A stretch of DNA of 64,000 nt, taken from Mobula hypostoma. Its lineage: Eukaryota. Below are positions 37,488 to 51,550 of the stretch, piece by piece (position 1 is the stretch's first letter; each line of letters starts with the position of its first letter). Both the position numbers and the translations under genes were made by a program. The notes under the pieces were generated by a model that was not told the origin of the DNA, did not search any database, and saw only the letters and a program-made list of their open reading frames with translations. The stretch spans positions 191,582,001-191,646,000 of the forward strand of contig NC_086097.1 of assembly GCF_963921235.1 (NCBI RefSeq), in the 5' to 3' direction.

Positions 37488-38090
37488 TTTAGATTATGAG
37501 AACACTCAGTCCTCTTTTACTGTCATTTAGAAATGCATACGTGCAGTAAGAAATGATACAATGTTTCTCCAGAGGAATATCACAGAAAACAGGACAAACC
37601 AAAGACTAACACTGACAGAACCACATAATTATAACATATAGTTACAGCAGTGCAAAGCAATACCATAATTTGATGAAGAACAGACCATGGGCACAGTAAA
37701 AAAAAGTCTCAAAGTCCCAAGTCGATCGAATCCCGAGTCCCCGATAGCTGCGGCAAAAGGGAGAAACTCCCTGCCACAAACCTCCAGGTGCCGTCAACTT
37801 GGTGATACCTTGGAAGCAGCCGACCACAGCCGACATTGAGTCCATCTGTCCAAAAACTTCGAGCTTCCGACCAGCCTCTCCGATATAGCCTCCCGAGTAC
37901 CATCCTCTGCCCAGCGCCTTCGACCTCTCCTCGGCCGCTGAAACACGCAAAGCCGAGGATTTGGGGCCTTCTGCTCCGGAGATCCCCGTTACCACACAGT
38001 AGCAGCAGCAGCGAAGCGGGCATTTCATAAGTTTTCCAGATGTTCCTCTGTGCTCTCACGTCTGTCTCCATCAAATCAGAATTGTGCATG
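37488..38090 (-). mobile_element. Second, 5'-truncated copy of the ~650-bp non-autonomous element
   Basis: Collinear with 23550-24120 (shared ACCACATAATTATA.CATATAGTTACA.CAGTGCAAAGCAATACC and TCACGTCTGTCTC.ATCAAATCAG). Confidence 0.8.
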
Positions 38091-38152
38091 AAGACAGTGC
38101 CTTTAACAACTAAGTATTGGGATTTGTAAGGGAAGCAAAATATGTATCAGAG

Positions 38153-38233
38153 CAGGGGTTCCAAACCTTATTTTATGCCTTGAGCAAATACCATTAAGCA
38201 AGGGGTCCATGGACCCCAGGTTGGGAACCCCTG
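38153..38233. mobile_element. 81-bp hAT/Charlie-type MITE
   Basis: TIRs CAGGGGTTCCAAACCT and AGGTTGGGAACCCCTG. The 8-bp flanks match only partly (TATCAGAG/TACTAGTG). Confidence 0.75.
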
Positions 38234-38351
38234 TACTAGTGTAACACATATGAATTGAATGTTTATGGCCAACTGAAGTACTCTTCCAATAATATTCTCC
38301 AGTATTGTTAGAAATTGGTTGTCCATATATCACATCAATGTACAACAAGTG

Positions 38352-39828
38352 CAGACATCCCACCTTTCCTGGAAGTTCCAGGAGTCTCCCGCATATTGAT
38401 AGCGGCTCCCTGACACCCGGAAATTATATCCAATATCCTGGAAATCGATCTTTTTGAGAAGGAGAGGGAGAGCAAGCATCCTGATTAGTCTCTCTTCGTG
38501 CTAAGAGTGGTCCCCAATCACCGGGCCGCTAGGAAACGATATGATATGAAACGATATGAGTCAGCTGCACCTTTCCTCATTCTTGGTCATGCCCACTGTT
38601 GAACTTGAACGCACACGAGGTCATTACCCACGCATCATCCATGTCAGCACGGGAAGAAGATCAACTCCTCGAGCTTGCAAATGACGGCGGGCTGAAAAGT
38701 ATGTTTGACATAACATCTCTGCCGGCATTCTGGATCAAAGTCAAGGCTGAATATCCTGAGATAGCCATGGAAGCACTGAAAATGTTGCTTCCATTTCCAA
38801 CATCATATCTCTGCAAAGCAGGGTTTTCTGAAATGAATGCAACAAAAACTAAATTGCGGAATAGACTGGACATAAGGAACCCCCTTCGAGTATTGCTGTC
38901 TCCCATCACCCCTCGATGGGACTGTCTTGTTGCAGGGAAACAAGCCCAGGGCTCCCACTGATTCAGCAATATTGGTGTGTTGCAATGATTTTATACTGTA
39001 TGTTCATACGAGGAAAATATGCGCTGTGTGTTTAATATCCAAACATTACTTAAAATGTTATGATGTTATTGACTTACAGGTGACTTATAATTGACTTATC
39101 ACTATATTCATGCGAGGAAAATATGCGGTGTGTGTTTAATATTAAATTTGTTAGATAATCCCTTTTAGAAATGAAATTGAGTGTATTAGCCACTTATAAG
39201 TGACTTATATTTGACTTATCACCTATATTCCGGTCGTGATTAGCACCACCCAACCCCCACCCCCGTTAGCCGGTCCACAAGAATATTGTCAATATTAAAC
39301 CATTCCACGGTGCAAAAAAGGTTGGGGACCCCTGCAAGTAGACCTATCAGTTTTCTCTGTGGGCGGGCTTTACAGTCGACTTCAAAAATAATGATAGTGT
39401 TGCTCGTTGCACTGTTTGCAACAGTGATTTTTCTATTGCCCATGGTGGGTTAAAATGTAAAAGACATGTTGAGGTGAGTTTAACAGATGTCATTTGTTCA
39501 TTAGCATAGCTAACGTTAATTAAACTAGCTGGCTAGCTGCTAAGGAGCTACTCTATTGATGTCCTACGTGATGAGGCCAAACTCCCTGTAGACTTGCTTA
39601 AAATTGTAATAGAATAAACATGATAATATAATACAGTATACGTACATATTTTAATGTCACATTTTCTGCATATACCCAGCTTGGTTTACAGATTAGACAA
39701 AATTACTAAACAAAGGATTACATACATCCTTGGAGGTTGACCGGGGCGGGAGGCGGGTGGAGATATGGGGTTGCGGGGGGCAGGGGTGATACCTCCCTGA
39801 AATGAGTTTTTTTAGGGTGGGATGTCTG
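38352..39828. mobile_element. Non-autonomous DNA transposon with 6-bp TSD (hAT5/hAT6-like), carrying a nested Charlie element
   Basis: TIRs CAGACATCCCACC (38352) and GGTGGGATGTCTG (to 39828). Flanking direct repeat CAAGTG at 38346-38351 and 39829-39834. Confidence 0.75.
38506..39334 (+). mobile_element. Internally deleted hAT Charlie/Buster-group transposon with transposase C-terminus
   Basis: TIRs (C)AGTGGTCCCCAA and TTGGGGACCCCTG. ORF 38599-38961 reads FWIKVKAEYPEIA..ALKMLLPFPTSYLCKAGFS..TKTKLRNRLD..KQAQGSH, the hAT dimerisation domain. Confidence 0.88.
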
Positions 39829-41599
39829 CAAGTGTAGAAGAATGCTCATAAACACAAAAGATTCTGCAGATGTTGGACATCTTGAACAACACACACAGGC
39901 CCAAAACGTTAACTGTTTATTCCCCTCCACAGAAGAATGTTCATGATTTTGTGCTCAAGTCTTCTCAATACTAACACATAGTGCGAAATTTGGCTTTCAC
40001 TACTAACCCCGCCTCTCCCATTCACAATCTTCCAGAAAGCATTGAACAGGAGCTGCTTGGTCTTTTGAATGTAATACCCCATCATCCCTCTCAGGTGGCT
40101 CTCAGGTTGGGGCACTTTTCCACTACCTATTGGACAAAATAACATTTCAGTCTCCCACAAACAGCAGCTGCTCTTCTCACTCTTATTAGATTCTGTTCTT
40201 CCTATTACAGATAAAACAATATGAGAAATTGAAATAACAATACCCCGTCATTCAGTGCAATCAGGTTAAGAGATAGATATTCTCTAGTAACTTTTGCAAT
40301 GCTCAGTAATCTACTAATCTCAATTTTGAAGTGCATCCATAGACCTTTGGAGGAGAGAATTCAAAGGATTCACAAAACTTTAATTTCAGTTCTGAATGGC
40401 CAGTGACATATCCTGAGCAATGCTCCTCATTCTCTTGCGAGTCAAGCCTTGCCAGTCTTAAACATTTCGTGAGTGTATTCCTGTTGGAGTGGAGCAGGAA
40501 ATCGTAGTGTCTCTTCTTCACAATGAAGGGCAATCCAACCTGTTGTTAACTTTCAATACATACAATGCTTGCATATATGCACAGAGAGCAAGATCTTTCA
40601 ATAAAACGTGCCAGTGATAGGCCTCATATTAAGCGTATGAGAGACAAATGTCCATCATGATCTTGTCCAGAGCACACAATACTAACATTAAAAAAATTCC
40701 AAGACCCATGACAAGACTCAAGTTCTGATCAGTTACTTTCTGTATTTTAGGAGTCACTTCTCAAAGAGGACAAACACGAACAACTAAATACATCATTGCA
40801 TCCAATATGCCAGCACAGCCTTTGCCACCGTCTGAAATTGTTGGAAGAGCTCAAGTTCAGTCTCAGTTGCACAATCTTCTGAACACCAATGATTCCCATC
40901 CCATCCGTTCTTATGTATTAGAGAAGTTGTCAACTAATCGTGGGCACCTAAAAGCACAGCTGAACAGCTGCCAGTGAACCCACTATGGCTCTTTTGAAAA
41001 TCCATGTAGGTCAAGAAATTCAACGTCACCATCTTCTGACTGCAGCACAATTACATACAAATTTCAGCAAGCTAACAACCTCAGCATCAGGGCTCTGATG
41101 ATGCTTAGCTTACTTTGGTGTGTCACACTACCTCACTCCTCCCCTTTACATCCTCAGGCTTGATATAGGGTCTTGACCCAAGACATGGACTACTCTTTTT
41201 TTTCCTAGAAATGCTCCTGCAGCAGTCTCTTTCTCATATCAACTACATGCATGACACAGACTCCTGAAGCAAGTAATCTACTCTGATATCCATAATGGCA
41301 AAACATTTCTAGGAATGTGAATAAAATACTTCAACTATGGTGTTAAAAAGTCTTTCTGACCAAAGAACATGAAGGCTATGTATAAAAGAAGCATACAAGA
41401 ACCGAATCAACATATCCAGTCAATTTGTCAATCTTTAACCGTCCCATAAAGGACTTCAGTCATCACAAGTCACAGAGCACTGTGATGCAGGCCTATTATT
41501 AGGGACCCCTAATAATTCTGAAAATCAAAGGTCAATGTAAATATACTATCAAAGTAAAAAATAATTATTCACTCTTCTTAAAAAGGTAAGTATATTAAT

Positions 41600-44500
41600 C
41601 ATCTTATCACATGGACCCTCAATGTTCTCACTGGCAGACCAGTTACTACAGATTGGGAACAACATCCCCTCCACACTCACCATCAGCAGAGGTACACCAC
41701 AGGGCTGTGTGCTTAGCCCCCACTATACTCACTTTATACTTTTGATTGTGTAGCTAAATACAGCTCCAATGCTGCATTGAAGCTCTCCGATGACACCCCT
41801 GTTGTTGACCAAATCAAAGGTGGTGATGAATTGGCATATAGGAGGGAGATTGAAAACCTGGTTGAGTGGTGCCAAAACGATAAACCTCTCACACATTGTC
41901 AGTAAAAATCAAGAACTGATTATCAATTACAGGAGGAAGAAGCCAGTGGTCTGTGAGCCAGTCCTCAGAAGGGAAATGGAGGTGAAGATGGTCAGTAGCT
42001 TTAAATTCCTTGGTGGAACATAGTTTATTATTAACATCCTCAATCGAAAATCAATTAATGAAAACTAGAAGTGAGTTTTATATTCATAGTGATAAATCGG
42101 GTAAATTATTAGCTAATCAATTGAAAACTACTTTGGTTAAACATCAAATTATTAAGATCCATAAACATGATGATACCTTGACAGTTGATCATGACAAGAT
42201 AAACAAAACTTTTCAAGTAGACCTCATTATACCATTCTGACTTTCCTCATGATTTTAAAATCATGCATGACTTTCTAAGAAAATTGAATTTTCCAAAATT
42301 ATATTGTTTAACATTAGAAACTCCTATTACACAGGAAGAAATTACAGCTGTAATCTCCTCAATGAATTCTGGTAAAGCACCTGGTCCTGATGGTTTTACA
42401 GTGGAATTTTTTTAAGTCTTTTTCCTCTAATCTCTCTCTTTGGTTGCCTAGAATATTCAAAGAAGCAATCAGATTAGGTAAATTACCACAATCATAAAAA
42501 AAAATAAAGATCCTACTTATTGTGCATCATATAGACCGATATCTTTTCTGAACGTAGATTCAAAAATTTTAGCAACTAGGTTAGAGAAGGAATTACCTCA
42601 AATTATCTCTGTGGGCCAAACAGGATTTATTAAAAACCGCTATTCATCTTTTAATATCAGGAGGTTAATGAATATTGTTTATACTCCTTCACTTAACACT
42701 CCGGAATGTATTATTTCATTAGATGCTGAGAAAGCTTTTGATAGAGTTGAATAGCCATATTTATTTAGTGTGTTTGAGAAATTTAATTTTAGTCCGATAT
42801 TTATATCTTGGATTAAATTGTTATATCATACCCCTGTAGCTTCGGTTTGTACTAATAATCAGAGAACTCCCTTTTTTCGTCTATCTCGGGGTACTAGGGA
42901 AGGATGCCCTCTTAGTCCATTATTATTTGATATTGCTCTTGAACCTTTAGCAATTTCCATCCGAGACCCGCCTAACATTTTTGGTATTACCAGTGGAAAT
43001 GAAATAAATAAATTATCATTATATGCAGATGATTTGTTATTATATATCTCTAATCCGGGGAAATCAATTCCAGTTATTTTATCTTTGTTGGCTCAATTTA
43101 GTAACTTTTCTGGTTATAAATTGAACCTTAATAAGAGTGAACTATTTCCCCTAAATAAGCAGGTTCCTATTTATGGATGTCTACCATTTAAATTGGTTAC
43201 TGACTCTTTTACATATTTAGGGATTAAAATCAAGAAAAAGCATAATGATTTATTTAAAGCTGTTTTTTTTTACCTTTAATTGATCAAATTAAACTTTTGT
43301 TTACTAAATGGTCAACAAAGTCTTTGTCACTGATCGGTCGGATCAATGCTATCAAGATGATTATTTTGCCTAAATTTTTATATGTATTTCAAATGGTACC
43401 AATTTTTATTCCAAAATCCTTTTTTGATAATGTTAATTCAAAAATTTCCTCATAAATATAGCAGAACAAAAACCCTTGGTTAGGTAAAAGACATTTACAG
43501 AAATCTAAAAAAGTGGGGGGGCGGGGGGGTGTTAGCGCTCCCAAATCTTAGATTTTACTATTGGGCAATTAACATTTGATATTTAAAATTTTGGTTACGG
43601 GACTTGGATGTAATTTCAAGTCCACATTGGTTAAATCTTGAATGTAATTCTTTACAAGGGACTTCTTTGGGTTCTAGCTTAGGGACTTCGCTTCCTTTTA
43701 TTCTTTCTAAATTGTATAAACAAATGAATAACCCAATAGTTAAACTTACTTTATGTATATGGTTTCAATTTCAAAAATATTTTGGGTTGAACCAATTTAT
43801 TTTAGCAAGTCCTATTATATCTAATTTCCTTTTTCAACCTTCCACTACGGATCAAGCATATTTAGACTGGAAAATGAAAGGTACGATTTCATGATTTATT
43901 TTTGGATAATTGTTTTATGTCCTTCGAACAACTATCTAATAAATATAATTTGCCTAGATCTCACTTTTTTAGATATCTACAGGTAAGAAACTTTTTAAAT
44001 GCTGTTTCTCCTAATTTTCGAAATTTATATTCAATGGATATTTTGGAAAACATTTTAGATTTAAATCTTTTTCAGAAAGGTGTTGTAGCAACTATTTATA
44101 ATACAATTATGAATTTATGTCCTGATGTATCTAATAAAATTAAGACTGATTGGGAAAGAGAACTTAAGATCACTGTACCGATTGAAAAATGGGAAAAAAA
44201 TTCTTCAGTTAGTTAATTCATCCTCTATATGTGCTAAACATGCATTGATACAGTTTAAAGTAGTGCACAGGGCTCATATGTCTAAAGATAAATTATCTCG
44301 TTATTACTCTTATATAAATCCTATATGTGATAGATGTCACTCCGAGATAGCTTCTTTAACCCACATATTTTGGTTATGTCCCTTGTTGGAGAAATATTGG
44401 AAAGATATTTTTGATATTATTTCAACTGTTTTGAATATTGACTTACAACCTCATCCAATTACTGCTATTTTTGGGTTACCAATGATAGAATCAGATCATT

Positions 44501-45650
44501 TAACCTCTTCAGCTCGTCGGGTGATTGCATTTCTTACATTATTGGCTAGAAGATCCATTTTGCTGAATTGGAAAGAGATTAATCATCCTACCACATTTCA
44601 TTGGTTCTCTCAAACTATGCTGTGTTTAAATTTGGAAAAAATTGTAAGTGTTGTTTATGATCCCACTATTAAATTCGAAAAGACCCGGAGGCCATTTATT
44701 CAACATTTTCATTTAACGTAATTTGACCTTTTCCAAACTTATTTTATTTCTTTGTAATATTGGTTGAGAGGAACGGAGTTGTCGACACTAAGGTTTCCTC
44801 TTTTTTTAATGATGTTACATAACAGCTCGTGTCTTTTTTTTTAGTTTAGTTGATTAATTCTGTTTAGATTAGTTTTTTTTGGGGGGGTATAATTTTTTTT
44901 CCTTTTTCATGATTTTTTTTAGATATTTTTCTTTGTTTTATATTGTTCATCTGTATCCTATATGATTGGGAGTTTTATCATTTAAGTGCCAACTGACTTT
45001 ATAATGACTTATGCTAATAATAACATTACCATGTTATGTTTATTATTATGAAACTAATAAAAAGATTGAAAAAGAAATTCCTTGGTGTCAACATATCAAA
45101 GGATCTGTCCTGGGACCAGCACATAAATATCATCACAAAATAAACACAACAGCGTCTCAACTTTCTTAGATTGCCCAGTCCGTCACAAGTGAAGCCCTCC
45201 TCCTCACTGAGTACATATACATGGAACACAGCCACAAAAACACAGCATCCTGCATCAAAGGCTCCCACCGTCCAGGCCATGTACTCTTTCATTCAGACAG
45301 AAGGTAGAGAAGCTTTAGATACCACACCACCAGTCTCAGGAACAGTTACTATCTTATAACTATTATCCTCCAGAGTTGGCATAGATAACTTCATTCACCA
45401 CTACCCCGAACTGATTCAATGATCTACAGACTTACTTTCATGGACTCTTTATAACTGGTGTTCACAATATAACTTGTGTTGGCACAGTTTGTCTTCTTTC
45501 TGCACTTTGGCGTTTGTTAGTCTTTGTTGGGATATAGTTTTTGTAAAATTCTATTGTATCTTTTTCCTGTAAATGCCTGCATAAAAATTAATTTCAAGGT
45601 AGTATATGGTAACACATACCTACAAGGATAATAAATTTACTTTGAACTCT
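41600..45650 (+). mobile_element. Old Rex1/Babar-like fragment split by L1
   Basis: 41600-42015 ([20 protein letters not shown]) continues at 45088 (VNISKDLSWDQHI) and ends in ATAAATTTACTTTGAACT at about 45650. Confidence 0.75.
42016..45074 (+). mobile_element. 5'-truncated L1 (ORF2 RT and CCHC), frameshifted, 13-bp TSD
   Basis: DKSGKLLA, GKAPGPDGF, SLDAEKAFDRV, RGTREGCPLSP, LYADD, CDRC...HIFWLC, then AATAAA and an A-rich tail. TSD AAATTCCTTGGTG at 42003-42015 and 45075-45087, at a TT/AAA site. Confidence 0.93.
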
Positions 45651-45929
45651 AATGAATTAACTAGCTGTTCTCAGAGCAAACTCATTGGGCCAAATGGCCT
45701 AATTCTGTTCCTATATCTTATGGTCTCTCACGTCATGGTTCTTGCCATTGTTTAAGAATATTTAAAACTAGTACTAGTTTTAAATTAATGTAGATAGTTA
45801 CTTCACTACTGCAAATAAATCTATTAATAATTTAATATTTTTTGTTGGCAGTCTTCAGTTAGGCTATGCCTGAGACTTGTCCTGAATTTTCATTCACTTC
45901 ATTGGACTGTCAAATCCAAATACGTATAC

Positions 45930-47536
45930 AAATACCTGTCAAATACAAATGCCTATGTGAGGATGCTATTTATTGACTACAGCTCAGCTGTTAATATCAT
46001 TATCCCTATAATTCTGATCTAAAAGCTCCAGAACCTGGGCCTCTGTAGCTCCCTCTGCAACTGGATCCTCAACATCCTAACTGGAAGACTACAATCTGTG
46101 TGGATTGCAAATTACTTCTCTACCTTGCTGACAATCAACACTGGCACACCTCAGGGATGAGTACTTAGCCCACTGCTCTACTCTCTCTATACCCATGACT
46201 GTGTAGTAAGGCACAGCTCATATATCATCCATAAATTTGTTGATGATACAACCACATTTGGCAGAATCTCAGGACGTACAGGAGTGAGATATACCAGCTA
46301 GTGGAGTGGTGTTGCAGAAACAACCTCGCACTCTACATCAGTAAGACCAAAGAACTGGTTGTGGATTTCAGAAAGGGTAAGATGAAGGAACACACACTAG
46401 TCCTCTTTCAGAGATCAGAAGTGGACAGAGCAAGCATTTTCAAGTTTCCACGTGTCAATACCTCTGAGGATCTAACCTGGACCCAACATATCAATGCAGC
46501 TATGAAGAGGGCAAGACAGCAGCTATATTTTATTAGGAGTTAGAGGAGATTTGGTATTTCACCAAAAACACTCACAAATTTCTACAGATGTACCGTAGAG
46601 AGCATTCTAACCAGCCGCATCACTGCCCGGTATGGTGGCGGTGGGGGGGGGGGGGGGCGGGGGGGCGGAGAAACAACTGCACAGAATCAGAGTAAGCTGC
46701 AGAGAGTTGTAAAATTAGTCAGCTCCAACCTGGGCACTACCCTCCATAGTATCCAGAACATCAAGGAGCTGTGCCTCAGAAAGGTGGCGTCAATCATCAA
46801 GGACTTCCACCACCCAGGATGTGCCCTCTTCTCATTGCTATTATCAGAAAGGAGAGACAGAAGCCTGAAGGCACACACACAATAGTTCAGGAACAGCTTC
46901 TTCCCCTCTGCCATCGATTTCTGAATGGACATTGAATCCATAAACACTACCCCACTACTTCTTTTCTTTCCCATTGAGAAGGATAGGCTTGAAGGTTGAG
47001 GGGGGACTTGATAAAGGTATTGAAAATTATGAGATAGATAGAGTTGACGTGAATAGGCTTTTTCCATTGAGAGTGGGGGAGATTCAAACAAGAGGACATG
47101 AGTGGAGAGTTAAAGGGCAAAAGTTTAGGGGTATCATGAAGGGGAACTTCTTTACTCAGAGAGTGGTAACTGTGTAGAATGAGCTTCCAGCAGAAGTGGT
47201 TGAGGCAGGTTCGATGTTGTCGTTTAAAGTTAAATTGGACAGCTATATGGACAGGAAGGGAATGGAGGGTTATGGGCTGAGTGCAGGTCGGTGGGACTAG
47301 GTGAGAGTATGAGTTTGGCACGGACTAGAAGGGCCGAGATGGCCTGTTTCTGTGCTGTAATTGTTATATGGTTATATTTTTGCACTATTCATTTACTTTA
47401 ACTATTTAATATACCATATATACTTACAGTCATTCAGTTTTCCCTTTTTCTCTCTAGTGTCATGTATTGTATTACTGCCACAAACTTAATAAATTTCATG
47501 ACGTATGCAGGTGATATTAAACCTGATTCTGATTCT
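45930..47536 (+). mobile_element. Rex1/Babar family B-like fragment with a CR1 3' piece (about 46975-47375) inserted in its 3'UTR
   Basis: [28 protein letters not shown] and a (TTCTGA)n tail at about 47536. The inner piece reads KGNFFTQRVVTV with a CR1 tail. Confidence 0.8.
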
Positions 47537-47954
47537 GTCAGAAAACAACTAACAAATTATTGTGGACATCCAAAATAAAAAGTGCAGCATCTGGAACCTG
47601 TTTTGATGACTGATCCTGAAACGTTAACTTTGATTTTCTCTCTCCATGCACTCTGCCTGATCTGCTGAATATGCTTGGTATTTTATTTGACCTTTCCAGG
47701 AACTCTTCCTTCTGAAGTTAATATGAACTTGTTCCTTTTAAATTATAGAAATTACATTGCCCAGATTACTCATGCAAATTTACTGTTGTTTAAATAAGAA
47801 GCTATGTTCCATTTTGCTTCATGCTTTATTCGTCACATATGTATTTCACAAGTTACCAGCTAGTAATAGCTGCAAAATATCCTCTTCTCCTCCTTTATTG
47901 TGAAGTGCCAGCCTTGCCTTCATTGTAACAGATCACGTGTTTAATTGCCACTTC

Positions 47955-50900
47955 TGCAGTAGTGATAGGGGATTCCATAATTAGAGGAACGGAAAGCAGT
48001 TTCTGTGGACATGAAAGAGACAACCAGATGGTACATTGCATCCCAGGTACCAGGGTCAGGGATGTCTCAGATCAGGTCCACAGCATCCTAAAGGGGAAGG
48101 GTGGACAGCCGGAAGTCATGGTACTTATTGATACCAACAACATAGGTAGGAAAAGGGAGGAAGTCCTGAAGAGAGAATATAGAGAGTTAGGTAGCAAGCT
48201 GAAAAGCAGGAACTCCAGGGTAGTAATCTCTTGATTGCTGCCAGTGAGGGTAAGAATAATAGGATGATTTTCAGATGAATGCCTGGCTGAAGAATTGGTG
48301 CAGGGGACAGGGATTCACATTTCTGGATAACTGGGATCTCTTCTGGGGAAAGTATGCCCTGTACAAGAACAACAGGTTACATTGAATTCGAGGGGAACCA
48401 ATATCCTTGCAGGCAGGTTTGCTGGAACTGTTGGGGAGGAATTAAACTAATTTGGCAAGGGGTGGGAATTGGAGTGATAGGGCTGAGGACGGGACAGTTG
48501 AAATACAAGTAGATGCAGTGTGTAGTGAGACAGTGAGGAAAGACAGGCATAGATGATACAGCTAAAATGCAGCCAGTGGGATGAGTCAAAGTGTAACAGG
48601 GAGCCAAAATCAAAAGGGGTGATGAATATAGGACTGAAGGTGTTATATTTGAATGCACGTGTTATATGGAATAAGATAGGTGGTCTTGTCACGTAGTTAG
48701 AGATTGGCAGGTATGATGTTGTGGGCATCACTGAGTCATGGCAGAAAGAAGATCATAGTAGAGAGCTTAACATCCAAGGGTACGCCTTGTATCAAAAGGA
48801 CGGGCAGATAGGCAGAGGGGTTGTTGTGGCTCTTTTGGTAAAAAATGAAATCAAATCCTTAAAAAGAGGTGACATAGGATTGGAAGATGTAGAATCATTA
48901 TTGGTACAGTTCAGAAAAGACCCTGATGGAAGTTATATACAGGCCTGTGAAGAGGATGTGGATTACAAATTACAATAGGAGATAGAAAAGACATGTAAAA
49001 AGGGCAATGTTGCAATAATCATATGGAATTTCAGTATGTAGGTAAAATCTGGTTGGTACTGGATCCCAAGAGAGAGGATTTGTAGAATGGCAATGAAAGC
49101 ACTTTTTAGAACAGCTTGTGGTTAAGCCCACTAGGGGAACTGCAATTCTGGATTATGTAATGATCTAGATTTGATTTGAAAGCTTAAGGTAAAGGAACCC
49201 TTAGCAGACAGTGATCACTAAATCCTTGAGAAGGAGAAGCTAAAATCATATGTATCAGTCCTATAGCTTGAGTAAAGTGAATTACAGAGGCACGAGGGAA
49301 GAACTGGCCAAAGTTGATTAGAAGGGGACACTAGCAGGGATGACGTCAGATCAGGAATGACTGGTGTCTCTAGGGGAAAATTCAGAAGGCACAGGAAAGA
49401 TATATCCCAAAGATAAGGAAGGATGAGGCAACCATGACATTCAAGGGAAGTTAAAGACAGCATCAAAGCAAAAGAGCTATATAATATCGCAAACATTGTG
49501 GAAAGGTAGAAGATTGGGAAGCTTTTAAAAATATAAAAATGGCAACCTAACTGGCCATAAAGAGAAAAAAAAATATGATGGTACTCTAGACAATAGTATA
49601 AAAGATGATACAAAAGGTTTTTTTCAGATATTTTAGGAGTAAAAGAGAAATGAAAATGGACATCAGACCACTGGAAAATGACACAGGAGAGGTAGTAATG
49701 GGGGAACAAAGAAATAGCAGAGGAATATAATAAGTATTTTATGTCAGCCTTCACTGAGAAATGCATTAGTAGAATGCCAGTAATGTGAGAGTGTTGGGGG
49801 CAGAAGTGAGTGTCATTGCTGTTACTAAGGAGAAGGTGTTTGGGAAGCTGAAAAGTCTGAAGGTAGGTAAATCACTTGGACCAGACGGGTTGTGCGGGGA
49901 GCCAGAGATCGTTGGGCTCTGAGGTTTTAAAAAGCATCTGAATTAACAAGAGTCGTTCATCACTTCGAGGTCCTTGTGGTTTTTTTCTTCGTAACGCAGT
50001 CTCCTGGTGCTTTCTGTTTAAACTTACTGCGACTAATCTGTAACCGACGCTTTTCTAAAACGCTCTCCAGAGTGTGTAAATCTGAAAATGCCAGTTGGGC
50101 ATGTTACTTGTATTATTCAAGTGAAGGCCTGATTAGCGCTAATCTTGGGGTCCAAGTTCTGAGATTGTTACATCTTGTGTTTTCATTTGGCTGAGCCACC
50201 AATGTTGCTTTAATTCTCATGAATAAACTCTTGTTGCCGTTGAAGTCTGTCTTTCCTCCACACTTGGGTTCCGACTTTGCCAGTGCACCTTGTGACAGTA
50301 GGGTTCTGAAAGAGGAAACTCAAGAAATTGTGAATGATATTTCAAGAATCACTAGATTCTGGAATGGTTCCCAAGGACTGGAAAATTGCAAATGTCACGC
50401 CACTCTTTAAGAAGGGAGGGAGGCAGAAGAAAGGAAATGATAGACAGTTAGTCCGACCTCAGTGGTTGGAAAGATGTTGGAGTCTCTTATCTAGTTTTAC
50501 GTTTCAGAATCCTTGGAGGCACATGATAAAATAGGCCAAAGTTAACATGGTTTTCTAAAGAGGAAATTTTGTCTGACAAATCTATTCGAATTCCTTGAAG
50601 AAATAACAGGCGGGATAGACAAAGGAGTGTCAGTGGATGTTGTTTATTTGGAGTTTCAGAAGACCTTTGATAAGGTGCCACACATGAGGCTGCTTAACAA
50701 AATAAGAGTTTGTGGTATTACGGTAAAGACACTAGCATGGAGAATGGATTGGCTGACTGCCAGGAGGCAAAATGCGGGAATAAAGGGAGTCTTTTCTGGT
50801 TGGCTGCCAGTCATACACTTTGGCAGAAAGAATAAAGATATAGACTATTCAGTAAATGAAGAGAAAATCCAAAATTCTGAGGTGCAAAGAGGCTTAATTT

Positions 50901-51550
50901 GCAGGTTGAGTCTGCAGTAAGGAAGGCAATGCAATCATTTTGAAAGAGCTAGAATACAACATCAATGATGTTATGCTGAGGCTTTATAAGGCATTGGTCA
51001 GGTCCCACTTGGGAGTTTATGAGCAGTTTTATACCCCTTATCTAAGAGAAAGGATGTACTGCCATTGGAGAGAGTCCAGAGGAAATTCAAGACAACTATC
51101 TTGAGAATTAAAGGGTTAACATATGAGGCATGTTTGATGGTTCTGGGTCTGTACTCACTGGAGTTTAGATGAATGGGTGGGGGAATCTTATTGAAACTTA
51201 TCAAATATTGTAAGGTGTGGATATATATGAAGTGGATGTTTCCTATAGTGCGGGAGTCTAGGACTGCTTGGGGGCACAGCCTCAGAATAGAGGGACATCC
51301 ATTCAGAATAAGGATGAGGAAAGACTTAATTGGCCAGAGGGTGGCAAATCTGTGGAATGCTTTACCATAGATGGATGTGCAGGCCAATTCACTGGGTATA
51401 TATTTAAGGCAGAACTTGATTGTTTCTTGATTAATCAGGGCATCAAAGGTATGGGGAAAAGGCAGAAGAACGGGGTTGGAGGGGGATAATAAATCAGCCA
51501 CGATGGAATGGCGGAGAAATTCCAATGGTCTAATTCTGCTCCTAGGTCAT
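47955..51550 (+). mobile_element. CR1 LINE, long degenerate copy (ORF1 esterase, APE, RT, 3' end)
   Basis: IGDSIIRG..CIPGTRVRDV (esterase), YLNAR and GITESW (APE), WKIANVTPLFKKG and VYLEFQKTFDKVPH (RT), QRVANLWNALP. It has internal deletions. Confidence 0.88.
49891..50297 (+). mobile_element. Probable solo LTR (Gypsy-like) inside CR1
   Basis: TGT...TGTGACA ends, AATAAA at 50222, CACTTGGGTTC near the 3' end. It interrupts the CR1 GPDG..RVLKE motif. No clean TSD. Confidence 0.6.

Noticed and set aside
40303..40950. Acceptor-like sites and a 76-aa ORF in unique sequence
   Set aside because: No convincing donor pairing or recognisable homology.
46641..46670. Long G run (also 43514-43530) as a functional G-quadruplex
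   Set aside because: These are homopolymer expansions at G-rich codons inside decayed LINEs, with no evidence of function and possible sequencing error.
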